Of a stretch of 64,000 nucleotides of DNA, positions 20,331 through 30,857 are shown piece by piece. The stretch covers positions 2,144,001 to 2,208,000 of the forward strand of contig CAVTRN010000002.1 in the NCBI GenBank assembly GCA_963737155.1. Reading direction: 5' to 3'. The notes below the pieces were generated by a model. It searched no databases. It was not told the origin of the DNA and saw nothing but the letters and a program-made list of their open reading frames with translations. Within the stretch, counting starts at the first letter, position 1. Each line of letters opens with the position of its first letter. The position numbers and the translations under genes were made by a program. This DNA is from Nitrospirota bacterium. Its GTDB lineage: Bacteria; Nitrospirota; UBA9217.

Positions 20331-20346
20331 TGCATTTGTCATGCCA
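20331..20346 (-). promoter_or_regulatory. Putative sigma54 (-24/-12) promoter for the cytochrome pair
   Basis: Minus strand TGGCATGACAAATGCA fits GG-N10-GC. Confidence 0.5.
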
Positions 20347-20751
20347 GCAATAACCTATTGAATTTTTGGCAGATAAATCCGGGTTCTTTTCGCAAAAGTG
20401 AGAATTTCATCTTTTTTATGCAACTCTGCAAAGAAACAGTAATTGACGCTAACTCCTTCGCCATTCAATGATTTGTCCGATTATAGTAGCGTGTTTCACG
20501 GTTCTCGACAAATGCGTTCTGAAGGTTTTCGCCCTAGCTCGTCTTACTACTCTTTCTCACCGTTCAATAAACTCATAAAATGAAACATGCTGTAAGTGGA
20601 CAATTGTCTACTGGCAATATATGCTTAAGGCGTAAATATTGAGATTGCAGCCTTTGACAAAGAAAACCTACACAAAGGTAGAGCAAACCGGATCCGTATT
20701 CCCCTGCTGGCGCATCGCCGCCGAGAGGAAACGCGCGGCCCATTGTTCAAA

Positions 20752-21510
20752 CTAATAATTTACGGTTAAAAGATAAAGTCCTTGAGGAGGAGCGGTTTTC
20801 CCTGCCGTAGTCCGGTTCCTCGCTACCAAAATTTTCGCCATATCATCAGGGCCAAACCTGCCAAGTCCGATCTCCACTAGCGTGCCGGTAATATTTCTGA
20901 CCATATATTGCAGGAATGCATCTGCCTCAAACAGCAATTCGATAACATTGCCCTTTTTCCGTATTGTTACTGATTTCAAAGTTCTCACAGGACTTTTCGC
21001 ACCACAACCGGAACCACGGAATGACGAAAAATCGTGTCTCCCCAATAGGACTATAGAAGCTTTGCGCATGCGCGCAACATTCAAAGGCAGGTTGACATGC
21101 CAGGCATAATCGCGATGAAGAGCAGTTTGCGCGCGCCTGTTCAAAATGCAATATTTATAGATCTTGCTCCGGGCGCTATACCGAGCATGGAAATCCGCAG
21201 GAACTTCTTCCGATGTCAATACCCTGATATCGGAAGGCAGAAGATGATTGAGCGCCGGCGTCCATGCAGACGCTGGAATGGTGGTTCGGGTCTGAAAATT
21301 TACGACTTGCCCCAGGGCATGCACACCTGCATCGGTCCTTCCTGAAGAAAACACCTTCCCCTCTTCATGGGACAACAACATGATTGCCTGCTCAAGCGTT
21401 TCCTGAATTGTCTGCATTCCGCTTCCAGTCTGCGATTGCCAGCCGTGGTAGTTCGTGCCGTCGTATTCAAGAATGAGCTTTATATTGCGCTGAATTAAGT
21501 CTGAACTCAT
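20752..21510 (-). CDS. truA: tRNA pseudouridine(38-40) synthase
   Basis: YDGTNYHGWQ, GRTDAGVHA, FHARYSA, FLQYMVRNI, TAPPQGLYL. Confidence 0.96.
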   Translation of the reverse strand: MSSDLIQRNIKLILEYDGTNYHGWQSQTGSGMQTIQETLEQAIMLLSHEEGKVFSSGRTDAGVHALGQVVNFQTRTTIPASAWTPALNHLLPSDIRVLTSEEVPADFHARYSARSKIYKYCILNRRAQTALHRDYAWHVNLPLNVARMRKASIVLLGRHDFSSFRGSGCGAKSPVRTLKSVTIRKKGNVIELLFEADAFLQYMVRNITGTLVEIGLGRFGPDDMAKILVARNRTTAGKTAPPQGLYLLTVNY

Positions 21511-21716
21511 GGCTGTTGATCCTGGAAAAAGCATTTAACCCCCAAAGAGCACGGGTAAACACGGATAATAGCGACTGCCAAGACACAGCCGCGACTTATC
21601 AGCCGGGCGAGGCATAACTCCACAATTGTGGTGTTTAACGTATTCATCCATTTTCCCGATTGCCATCTAGATAATCAAACTTGGGAAATTTCTCGATACC
21701 GTTTATAGGCAAAAGC

Positions 21717-22418
21717 CTATTCTCCGAGGTAGGCTTTTTTAATACCCGGATCGTTTTCGAGCTGTGACGCCGGACCTTCCATCACAATCCTGCCGGTTTC
21801 CATGACATAGGCCCTATTGGCAAGTTGAAGTGCGGCTTTGGCGTTCTGCTCTACCAAAAGAATGGTTGTACCCTGTGCATTAATTTCCCGTAAGATTTTG
21901 AAAATCCTGCTGACTATGATGGGGGCGAGGCCAAGCGACGGCTCATCAAGAAGAAGAAGACTCGGCTGGGACATGAGCGCCCTGCCGATTGCTAGCATTT
22001 GTTGCTCCCCTCCTGAAAGAGTCCCGCCCATCTGTCGTTGTCTCTCAAACAAAGTAGGAAACGTTTCGAATACTCGATTAATCCCGGAGGCGTACTCCTT
22101 CCTGCTTCTGGAAAAGGCGCCCATTTCAAGATTTTCCCGCACGGTCATGCGAGGGAAAATGCGCCTGCCTTCGGGAACCTGCGATATCCCGAGTTGGACG
22201 ATTTCGTGGACGGGACGGTCGTCAATCCGTTTTCCCCGGAAAATAACAGTTCCCACACTCAGCGCCAAAACCCCGGATACCGCCATCAGCGTTGTCGATT
22301 TCCCTGCGCCGTTTGCTCCGATTAATGCAACGATATCACCCTGCTTTACGGACAGGCTGACTCCTTTGAGCGCCTCGATTCTTCCGTACGAAACAGCTAC
22401 ATCCCTGAGTTCAAGCAT
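21717..22418 (-). CDS. livF: Branched-chain amino acid ABC transporter ATPase
   Basis: GANGAGKST, QVPEGRRIF, LSGGEQQMLAIGRALM, DEPSLGLAP. Confidence 0.93.
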   Translation of the reverse strand: MLELRDVAVSYGRIEALKGVSLSVKQGDIVALIGANGAGKSTTLMAVSGVLALSVGTVIFRGKRIDDRPVHEIVQLGISQVPEGRRIFPRMTVRENLEMGAFSRSRKEYASGINRVFETFPTLFERQRQMGGTLSGGEQQMLAIGRALMSQPSLLLLDEPSLGLAPIIVSRIFKILREINAQGTTILLVEQNAKAALQLANRAYVMETGRIVMEGPASQLENDPGIKKAYLGE

Positions 22419-23181
22419 GAATATGATCCTTGCCGAGATAGGCCTCAATCACATCCTGGTTGTTCTGGATGTCCCGGGGTATGCCTTCGGCAATTTTTAC
22501 TCCATGGTCCAGAACCAGCACCCGATCCGATATCCCCATAACGACCCTCATATCGTGCTCAATGAGCAGGATCGCCACGCCATTGTCGCGGATCTTACGA
22601 ATGAGCGACATCAGTTCCAGTGTCTCTTGCGGGTTCATGCCAGCCGCAGGCTCGTCAAGGAGCAGGAGGTGAGGCTCCGTCCCGAGAGCCCTTGCTATTT
22701 CAAGTCGCCGTTGATTGCCATAGGAAAGATTCGCTGCCAAGGATCCCTGCATGTTTTCGAGTCCGGCGAACTTTAAAATGTCCATGGCCCGGTAGCCCGT
22801 ATCCCGCTCTTCTTTTCTTACTTTGGCCGGCCGGAAAATGGCGCCGAACACTCCCGCGCTGGTACGGCAATGAGCTGCAACCATAACATTTTCCAGACAG
22901 GTCATTCCATCGAAGAGGCGAATATTCTGAAATGTCCTCGCGATACCCAGGGCGGTTATCGAATGGGGCTGCATCGTGGTAATGTCGCGGTCATGAAATA
23001 TGACCGTCCCCTTAGTCGGACGATATATGCCAGTTATACAATTGAAAAAAGTTGTTTTCCCTGCGCCGTTCGGGCCGATGATGCTGACTATCCTTTCGCG
23101 TTCGACGCGCATGTTGATATCGTCGACGGCCTTAAGACCTCCGAAATGTTTGGTCATATTTTTTGTTTCCAGTAAGAGCAT
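22411..23181 (-). CDS. livG: Branched-chain amino acid ABC transporter ATPase
   Basis: GPNGAGKTT, ARTFQNIRLF, LSYGNQRRLEIARAL, DEPAAGMN. Confidence 0.93.
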   Translation of the reverse strand: MLLLETKNMTKHFGGLKAVDDINMRVERERIVSIIGPNGAGKTTFFNCITGIYRPTKGTVIFHDRDITTMQPHSITALGIARTFQNIRLFDGMTCLENVMVAAHCRTSAGVFGAIFRPAKVRKEERDTGYRAMDILKFAGLENMQGSLAANLSYGNQRRLEIARALGTEPHLLLLDEPAAGMNPQETLELMSLIRKIRDNGVAILLIEHDMRVVMGISDRVLVLDHGVKIAEGIPRDIQNNQDVIEAYLGKDHIHA

Positions 23182-23373
23182 GGTATAATCCGATTATTGT
23201 TGAATTATTTTTCTGGTCCTTCAGGAATGAGTGTGGTAGCCCCAATATGTAGTAAAGCATTAACCCTGGCACTTAAGGTGAAAATGCTTACGATTACAGC
23301 CACTTTAACAATTTGAGGCCTCAAAATGTCAGCACTACCTATGGTGGCTTCCCACACTAAACCCGGAAGCGAC

Positions 23374-24522
23374 TTATTTCTTTATCGTTCCCAAAAGTCC
23401 CTGTGGCCTAAATACCATCATGGCCACGAGAGCAAATCCAAACGCCAACATGCGATAGTCTTGAAAATCCCTGAAGATTTCGGGAAGCGTGATCAGCAAC
23501 AAAGCACCGAGAATAATCCCCGGGATGCTCCCCATCCCTCCGAGAACAACCATGCAGAGGATCAGGACAGATTCGGTAAAAGTAAAGCTTTCCGGAGACA
23601 CAAAGGCCATTTTGGCCGCGAAGAAAACTCCTGTCAGGCCAGCCAGGGCCGAACCTACCACAAAAGCGAGCAGCTTAAGCCGGAACGTATTGATTCCCAT
23701 GGCCTCGGCGGCAACCTCGTCTTCCCGGATGGAAATCCATGCTCGGCCAATCCGGGAGGTCATGAGACGTTTCACGGCAAATACCGTAATGATGACAATG
23801 ACGAGGATCATGAAATAGAAATCGAGAGTGCTGTGCAGCGTATATCCTGCCATGATTGGCCTGCCTATCTTAGAGATTCCATTCGGACCGCCGGTCAAGC
23901 CGTCCCAATTGTTCAGAATGATCCGGGTGATTTCCCCAAGGCCGAGCGTCACGATCGCGAAGTAGTCTCCGCGGAGACGCAGTATAGGAAGCCCTACGAT
24001 AAAAGCAAAAACCGCCGCAACAAACGAACCGGCGAGGAGCCCGGGCCAGAATGCAAGCCCGAATCTTGTCGAAAGGATGGCGTAGGTATAGGCGCCGATG
24101 GCATAAAATGCCACATATCCCAGGTTGAGGAGGCCAGCCTGTCCCACAACAATATTCAGGCCTAGTGCTAGGACAATATACATGCCTGTCAACGTCATGA
24201 TGTCCCGATAATAATCGTTGAGAAGGGCAGGCAGAAATATCAGGAAAACGATGAAAGAGGCATAGGCAAGCAGAGATTGAGCGATGCGGGAAGGCAATGA
24301 AGTTTTTTCTCGAACAATCGTAAACTTCCGATAAAACAACCGTAAGACGGACAAGCAAGCATCAGTCGTTAAGAGCCGCCACAAGAACAGCGATGCAAAT
24401 GCCGCCGCGGTTAGGCGCACCGCGTTCACCATTCCTGTAAACGGCAGAACAAGCAGACCCATCAAGAGTGAGAAAAAAATATTTTTTACATGCGTTTTAG
24501 TGGATTTAAGAATGGTGTTCAT
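23374..24522 (-). CDS. livM: Branched-chain amino acid ABC transporter permease
   Basis: ALGLNIVVGQAGLL, RLRGDYFAIVTLG, VVLGGMGS, RPQGL. Confidence 0.92.
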   Translation of the reverse strand: MNTILKSTKTHVKNIFFSLLMGLLVLPFTGMVNAVRLTAAAFASLFLWRLLTTDACLSVLRLFYRKFTIVREKTSLPSRIAQSLLAYASFIVFLIFLPALLNDYYRDIMTLTGMYIVLALGLNIVVGQAGLLNLGYVAFYAIGAYTYAILSTRFGLAFWPGLLAGSFVAAVFAFIVGLPILRLRGDYFAIVTLGLGEITRIILNNWDGLTGGPNGISKIGRPIMAGYTLHSTLDFYFMILVIVIITVFAVKRLMTSRIGRAWISIREDEVAAEAMGINTFRLKLLAFVVGSALAGLTGVFFAAKMAFVSPESFTFTESVLILCMVVLGGMGSIPGIILGALLLITLPEIFRDFQDYRMLAFGFALVAMMVFRPQGLLGTIKK

Positions 24523-24964
24523 TCTAGGTTGAGATTATTGCACAAAAAAAAAGGGTTTTCAAGGTTTTGTTCCGGCTCTGTCAACCCAAAGCCAAAATGC
24601 CCGTTTTGAGATTCTGTCTGACGCTGCATTCTAGCTTTGGCCATTGCCCTCGCTTGACACTTCCACGGATGAAATTGTTGGTAACAGTTCAGAACACATA
24701 AATCAGTCACTGCATTTCTATGCCCTCATTATTAACAGCGTTTCTGATACTGCTCTTGATGGGTCAACCACAAGAGCACAGGTATTTTATTGAAAGAGTT
24801 CCTCTACGCCCTCTGTCGTTTCATTCGTTGCCTCTGGTTTTCACAAAACTTTTGATAGTATCTCATTTTGCATTGCTATAATCGTCAATATTCTGGCGAT
24901 TATTTTGCACATGGAAATTGATTTTTTTAACCAACTTTTACAACAGGAAGTCTAAACCTACCCA

Positions 24965-24980
24965 CCACAATATATTGTAT
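24965..24980 (+). promoter_or_regulatory. Candidate NrdR box upstream of smc
   Basis: ccaCAATATATTGtat fits the NrdR consensus acaCwAtATaTwGtgt; a weak second box starts 31 bp downstream. Confidence 0.45.
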
Positions 24981-25140
24981 ATTCCATCCCGCAAAATACC
25001 TTACCTTGTTATTTTTCACTTTACAAAGCACCACACTTATGATATAAGAGCTTAAGTTAGAGCATCAATTATTCACGTCGTTTTTTTGTACTTTGTACAT
25101 TGAACTCCTAACTCTAAACTATTCTGTTACCGGGAGGCGT

Positions 25141-28100
25141 ATGCAGCTCAAAACCCTTGAAATGATCGGTTTTAAATCCTTTTCCGACAAAACTACGATC
25201 ACTTTTCAACCCGGTGTGACTGCCGTAGTAGGCCCCAATGGATGTGGCAAGAGCAATATTTCTGATGCAATTCGCTGGGTTCTTGGCGAACAAAGCGCTA
25301 AGCATCTTCGCGGCGAAAAGATGGAGGATGTTATCTTCAACGGGAGCGAAAACCGCAAACCTCTGGGCATGGCAGAAGTGACACTGAGGCTTACTAATGT
25401 CGGAAGTATTCAGTCCTCGGAATTTGGGCAATACGAGGAGATCGAGATCTCCCGCCGCCTCTACCGGTCCGGAGAGAGCGAATACGTTATTAACAAGATC
25501 CCCTGCCGACTCAAGGATATTCGCGATCTCATGATGGATGCAGGCGTTGGTGCCCGCATTCATGCCATCATCGAGCAGGATAAGGTGGACCAGATCCTTT
25601 CCTCCAAACCGCAAGACCGGCGTTTTCTGTTCGAGGAAGTGGCTGGCGTCATGAAATACAAAGCCCGAAGACAGGAAGCGCTCTCCAAACTCGAATCCAC
25701 CCATCAGAACCAGCTTCGAGTCAGCGATATCATCATCGAAGTTAAGCGTCAGCTCAACTCCCTCGATCGGCAGGCAAAAAAGGCGGAGCGGTACCAGAAG
25801 CTCCGTGCCGAAACAAAAGACCTCGACTTTCGCCTCTCATCCGTCGAGTACTCTAACCTCGGGATCGAATGGACGGTGGTAACAGAAGAATTTAAGAAGG
25901 TCGAAGATGATGTCACAAGGCTTCACGCTGACCTCGGCAGGTTAGAAGCTACAATCGAAGAGGCCCGTGCCGATGCCCTCTCCGCCGAGCATGAACTCTC
26001 TGCGCTGAGGCATAAGATCCATGAGATAGAAACCGCACTTAGCCGTGCTGAACACCGCGTTGAAATGTCACGGAGCCAGATCGCATCTCTTACTGATCAG
26101 CGCAATCGCGATATTGCTGAAATGGAATATCTGAAACTTGAGAGCGTCCGCGTGTCTTCTCAGAAGGCGCTTCATGAGGAGGAGTCCCGTGTCTTGGTCG
26201 CTTCTATCAATGAAAAGAACGCCGTGCTGGCCGATCGGATGGCTCGCCTGGAAACTCTATCACGAGCGCTCGGCGAAAAGGAGCTATCTCTTGACGAGGA
26301 GCGGACCGGTGTCCTGAAGGCGATGACAGCGACTGCCGGCGAGAAAACCCGCATATCAAATCTGCAAACGCGGATTTCGCAGCTCGATGAGCAGGATGAG
26401 CGGGGTATGAAGGACCAAGAAGACCTGGAACTGAAGTTGAAAGAACTGATGGCCCAAGTTGTCGCCAAAGAGCAGGAACTCGACGAAATTGTTGCACGAA
26501 AAAATGCCGTTCAGGAAGAGCACGCCCGTATCTCCGGCCGCTTTGAGCAGACACTTGCCAGAAAAAAATCAGTGGAGAACGGTCTGAACGAAACAAAGAA
26601 CCGTCTTGCGGCCCAGAATTCGCGGCTCCGCTCTCTAATCGAACTGGAACAGAGTCTCGAAGGTTATCAGAGAGGCGTTCGTACCGTCATGTCTGCGAAA
26701 AAAGAAGACTCGTCGAATGAACGGCTAGGTACGATCCATGGCCTCGTGGCGGACATGATTGAGACCGAACCTCAATATGAAGTCGCTATTGAAGCAGTCC
26801 TCGGCGAGCGACTGCAATACGTTGTCGTCGATTCCCAGCACGATTCTCTCAAAGCCATTGAATACCTGAAAACGAAGAGCGGCGGCAGAAGCACGTTCGT
26901 GCCCAGGACCCCACGAGAAGTCAAGTCGGCACCCTTTGTCAAAAACGGTCATGCGGGAGTCATCGGCTCGGCACTCAATATCGTACACTGCAGCGAAAGA
27001 TACAACAGTGTTGCGCAATATTTGCTCGGTGATGTTGTCGTAGTCGATACCATGGATACCGCCCTCTATTTGTGGAACAAGGATGGATTCGACAAGACGG
27101 TCGTAACCCTTGCCGGGGAGATTCTCGACCCTTGGGGAGCGGTAACTGGAGGTACCGTGGAGGCCCTCGGGATGGGCATGCTCACCAAGCGCCGCGAAAT
27201 TAAGGACCTTGAACACGAAGTGGCGAATCTGACCGTGAACGTTGCGAAGCTCGAAGCAGATATGTCTGCCCTTGATGCCTCTATCGAATCAGACAAAAAG
27301 ATTGAAGCCGATCTCGCCCGGCAGATCCACAGCTCCGACATTGAATTTATCAATAAAGAAAAAGATCGTCTCGGCGTTGAGGACGACATCAACCGCGCGC
27401 AGGAACGCATCAAGGCGCTTGATGCGGAGACGGCGGTACGCGCTGCGTCACGACAAGAACTCAATGCGGGGATTGCTGAATCGATGGAGCTTCTTCGCGA
27501 TCTCGAAACCGGGCATACAAATGCCCAGGCCAGCATCGAATCCCTTCAGGCCGAACTCTCACTCCGGAAGGAAGAGATGGAAGTCGAGCGAACCACGATC
27601 ACCGAAATCAGAATGGATCTGGCCGCACTTCAAGAAAAACAGTCTGCTGCCGTGAGAAACCTGGCATTACTCTTAAAAACCGAAGAAGGCTTCGCTGACA
27701 AGCTCGTTAAGAGAGAATCTGAGCTCGAAACCATTGCGGTTCAGCTGAGCGAGTTCGAGGCTTCCATCTACGAGGCCGAAACCGAAATCAAGAGACATAT
27801 TGTGATTCTCGATGCTGAACGGCTGGTTCTCCTTGCCAAACAGGAGTCACATACGGTCAAGGCACAGTCACTTCAGTCAACCGAAGAACAAACAAGACAG
27901 GTTAGGCATGACATCGAGTCCTCGCAAAAACGGCTTTCTGCTAGCGAGGTCAAGCGAACCGAGCTCCGCATGAAAATCGAGCACCTCAGAGATCGGGTCT
28001 GGACCACGTATCATACAGAACTAGACGCCGTCGTTCAGCAGCTGGGACAGTTCGAGATCAATGTGTCAGAAGCTGGCGCCCGGCTCGACGAATTGCGCGA

Positions 28101-28722
28101 AAAAATCGACCAGATGGGGCCGATCAATATCGATGCACTCCAAGAATACAATGAGCTTAAAGAACGGTACGAACTGCTCTCGGCCCAACAGACCGACATC
28201 CACGAGTCCATCGACAATCTGAAGGCGACTATTGCCAAGCTCGACGGCGAGACCATTGAACTATTTATCGGGGCCTTCAACGCTATTCAGGAAAAATTCA
28301 AGGAAGTCTTCTCTCTCCTCTTCGAGGGGGGGCGGGCCGAACTCGTGCTCCTGGATCCTGCGAACATCCTCGAATCGGGCATTGAGATTATCGCACAGCC
28401 CCAGGGCAAGAAATTCCAGAGCATCACGCTGCTGTCGGGTGGTGAGAGGGCTCTTACGGCCATCGCGCTCCTATTCGCGGCCTTCCTGGTTAAGCCGAGC
28501 CCCTTTTGCATGCTCGACGAAGTCGATGCTCCGCTTGATGAGGCAAACATAACTCGCTTCACACGCCTCATCCGCCAAATGAGCAGTCGCTCGCAATTTA
28601 TCACGATCACACACAATAAGCGAACGATGGAAATGGCCGATGCGCTCTATGGAATAACCATGTCGGAGCCCGGTTGTTCCCGCGTGATCTCGGCCAAACT
28701 TCGCGAAGCAGCAGTGGCCTGA
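25141..28722 (+). CDS. smc: Chromosome segregation protein SMC
   Basis: GPNGCGKSN Walker A, coiled coils, hinge (GRSTF, GAVTGG), LSGGE, LDEVDAPLD; GGAGG RBS before 25141. Confidence 0.97.
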   Translation: MQLKTLEMIGFKSFSDKTTITFQPGVTAVVGPNGCGKSNISDAIRWVLGEQSAKHLRGEKMEDVIFNGSENRKPLGMAEVTLRLTNVGSIQSSEFGQYEEIEISRRLYRSGESEYVINKIPCRLKDIRDLMMDAGVGARIHAIIEQDKVDQILSSKPQDRRFLFEEVAGVMKYKARRQEALSKLESTHQNQLRVSDIIIEVKRQLNSLDRQAKKAERYQKLRAETKDLDFRLSSVEYSNLGIEWTVVTEEFKKVEDDVTRLHADLGRLEATIEEARADALSAEHELSALRHKIHEIETALSRAEHRVEMSRSQIASLTDQRNRDIAEMEYLKLESVRVSSQKALHEEESRVLVASINEKNAVLADRMARLETLSRALGEKELSLDEERTGVLKAMTATAGEKTRISNLQTRISQLDEQDERGMKDQEDLELKLKELMAQVVAKEQELDEIVARKNAVQEEHARISGRFEQTLARKKSVENGLNETKNRLAAQNSRLRSLIELEQSLEGYQRGVRTVMSAKKEDSSNERLGTIHGLVADMIETEPQYEVAIEAVLGERLQYVVVDSQHDSLKAIEYLKTKSGGRSTFVPRTPREVKSAPFVKNGHAGVIGSALNIVHCSERYNSVAQYLLGDVVVVDTMDTALYLWNKDGFDKTVVTLAGEILDPWGAVTGGTVEALGMGMLTKRREIKDLEHEVANLTVNVAKLEADMSALDASIESDKKIEADLARQIHSSDIEFINKEKDRLGVEDDINRAQERIKALDAETAVRAASRQELNAGIAESMELLRDLETGHTNAQASIESLQAELSLRKEEMEVERTTITEIRMDLAALQEKQSAAVRNLALLLKTEEGFADKLVKRESELETIAVQLSEFEASIYEAETEIKRHIVILDAERLVLLAKQESHTVKAQSLQSTEEQTRQVRHDIESSQKRLSASEVKRTELRMKIEHLRDRVWTTYHTELDAVVQQLGQFEINVSEAGARLDELREKIDQMGPINIDALQEYNELKERYELLSAQQTDIHESIDNLKATIAKLDGETIELFIGAFNAIQEKFKEVFSLLFEGGRAELVLLDPANILESGIEIIAQPQGKKFQSITLLSGGERALTAIALLFAAFLVKPSPFCMLDEVDAPLDEANITRFTRLIRQMSSRSQFITITHNKRTMEMADALYGITMSEPGCSRVISAKLREAAVA

Positions 28723-29465
28723 TGACAGTTCATTTGTTCACCGGACAGGGTTCAAACTATCACAAGTGCGATTCTTCCATGGACATTGAACTGCTCATGT
28801 ACGGTACCCTGTGTCATCCTCCTCCAATGTTCAGCCGATGTCTGACAAGGAGTAATCCTCTGAACTCCTCTTTCGCCTTCTGTTTGCTTCTCTAATCCTC
28901 CTGCCTTCCCTTGCATACGAACCATAAACACCCCTGACGATCAGAAACAGTCCTAGCCGCGAAGGACAGACCCAGCGTTTCAAATCATATTCGAGCTAGG
29001 AGTTATTACTCAAATATTGACCTGATTATCGCTCTCGCTATCGCCGATTCCTCAACTCGGTGAAATGATAGACGTCGATATATACCGTATGCTGCTCTCG
29101 AGGACGGCTGATCTCCTGCAAATCATGGTTATCGAGGCAAGCTACAACCCGATGTCTAATCTCGGCAATTATCTCTTGAGGCATGACCGGCAACGTGTCG
29201 ATTTTTTACGACGCTGGCAGCAAGCAAGGATACCAAGGGCCTTGGTTACAGCGAAAACTTGATAAACGCAGTTAATTATAAGTTCAAGAACTGAAGCAAA
29301 ATCAGGAACAATTGGGAGGGATTCGAGTGGCATTATTCTTTCGTAGATGCAAAATGACCTTTCTCGAACAGGCAAACAGCGTTTTAGCTTGCGCTCGGTT
29401 TCGTGCGGAAGTCAGCGCAGGAATATTCCCGTGCACTCGCCGTTGGTAGAGACTAAAAGCAACCT

Positions 29466-30641
29466 TCAGTTTTTAGTGAACTGATTCTGCTGCCTCGCGG
29501 TAGATGACGGCAAAATGATCTGCTCACGAGCAACGGAGCCGACAGGCAAGACACTGACATTATAGCTGCTGATTAGCAGTCCAGGGATCTCGAACTGTGA
29601 CTGTATTTCCGCTTCATGCCCTTCCGCACAAACAATTGCCCTGACTACGCTCCCCTGTTTGACTACGGTAATTGTTCCATCTTTTCCGATTTCGACGGCC
29701 CGCGAAGTATCGATCCTGCTGTCCAAAGCTTCCTGGAGCGGTTTATCCAATGTTGTCCGGATCGTAAGGCCTTTGCGATACAATGCCTGTTCGCCGTAAA
29801 ATGACAGGAGTATCTGCTCGAGAGCGGTTTGGTAACAGGGACGGCTGTTCTGGCCGGAGAACGTGGTAAAATCAAACCTGTCCTTTCCTTCTTGCCTCAG
29901 TTGGACAGGCGCGGCAAGTGCCTCATTATATTCCTCGTCGGTCAGCAAATTTGCCTGGTGCATGTTGAAAAGAACCTGTTCCTGCCTATGTCTGGCCTTC
30001 CCCATTCGATTATAAGGGTTGTAGTAATGTGGATTAGGCAACATGCCTGCTAGAAGCGCCGCTTCAGATGGCGTAAGTTCCGACGTATGTTTGTCGAAAT
30101 AATATCTACTGGCCGCCTCGATGCCGTTTATGCCATCGCCCCACTCAACTTCGTTCAGGTAAATCTCAAGTATCCTTCGCTTTGAAAGTATTTGTTCCGC
30201 CCTCTGTGCCAGAACATACTCGCGTAGCTTTCGCGTTATTGTTTTCTCCTTAGACAGAAGCACATTCTTGATCATCTGCTGTGTTATCGTGCTTCCTCCC
30301 CGAGCAAACCGGTGTTTCTTAACGTCGCGGACCAACGCGTCCCACGTGGCTTTGTAGTTAACCGCGCCGTGTTCGAAAAAAGTATCGTCTTCCGCAGTTA
30401 TGACGGCGCGGATGACCAGGTCGGGCATGACCGAAATAGGCAGCCAGATACGGAATTTCCGCTCATAATAATGCGTAAGAATATTTCCGTCCTTATCAAG
30501 GACTTCAGAGGCTACTGCCGGGCGGTAGTGTTTGAGCACGGACACGTCAGGAAGAGAACGAAGAGCGAGATAAGACCATAGAACAAAGGATAGAACAGGA
30601 ACCACAATAAATGCAAGAACCGCAATAAGTATCTTTTTCAT
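29466..30641 (-). CDS. Peptidoglycan glycosyltransferase (GT51) with no recognisable transpeptidase domain
   Basis: EDDTFFEH, GGSTITQQ..KN, RKLRE, ILEIYLN, AASRYYF; only about 95 aa follow IRTTLD. Confidence 0.85.
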   Translation of the reverse strand: MKKILIAVLAFIVVPVLSFVLWSYLALRSLPDVSVLKHYRPAVASEVLDKDGNILTHYYERKFRIWLPISVMPDLVIRAVITAEDDTFFEHGAVNYKATWDALVRDVKKHRFARGGSTITQQMIKNVLLSKEKTITRKLREYVLAQRAEQILSKRRILEIYLNEVEWGDGINGIEAASRYYFDKHTSELTPSEAALLAGMLPNPHYYNPYNRMGKARHRQEQVLFNMHQANLLTDEEYNEALAAPVQLRQEGKDRFDFTTFSGQNSRPCYQTALEQILLSFYGEQALYRKGLTIRTTLDKPLQEALDSRIDTSRAVEIGKDGTITVVKQGSVVRAIVCAEGHEAEIQSQFEIPGLLISSYNVSVLPVGSVAREQIILPSSTARQQNQFTKN

Positions 30642-30650
30642 GGCAGAATA

Positions 30651-30809
30651 CTAGCTTTTGCTCTCGTCGCGAGAATCGTCATTTGTCTTATCCCTTCTAC
30701 AGAAGGAACCGGTGGCAGTTCTTCAACCTCCCGCGACCCCGTTGCTCAGGCGGAAAAGGGTGAGAAGTGCAATAACAATGATCACAATCGTTACAAGGGT
30801 ATCAGACAT
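30651..30809 (-). CDS. Small membrane protein, candidate selenoprotein (in-frame TGA at codon 29)
   Basis: GGAG RBS; MSDTLVTIVIIVIALLTLFRLSNGVAGG-TGA-RTATGSFCRRDKTNDDSRDESKS; hairpin after the TGA; the readthrough ORF ends 9 nt before the next start. Confidence 0.55.
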
Positions 30810-30857
30810 AAAATAGGCTCCAGACTTTTCTTTATCTTTTCATGAAGGATCAACTCG

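Noticed and set aside
21838-24165. Long antisense ORFs (312 aa and 279 aa; likewise 7630-8346 and 53967-54842)
   Set aside because: Shadow frames of well-conserved genes on the opposite strand, with no recognisable motifs
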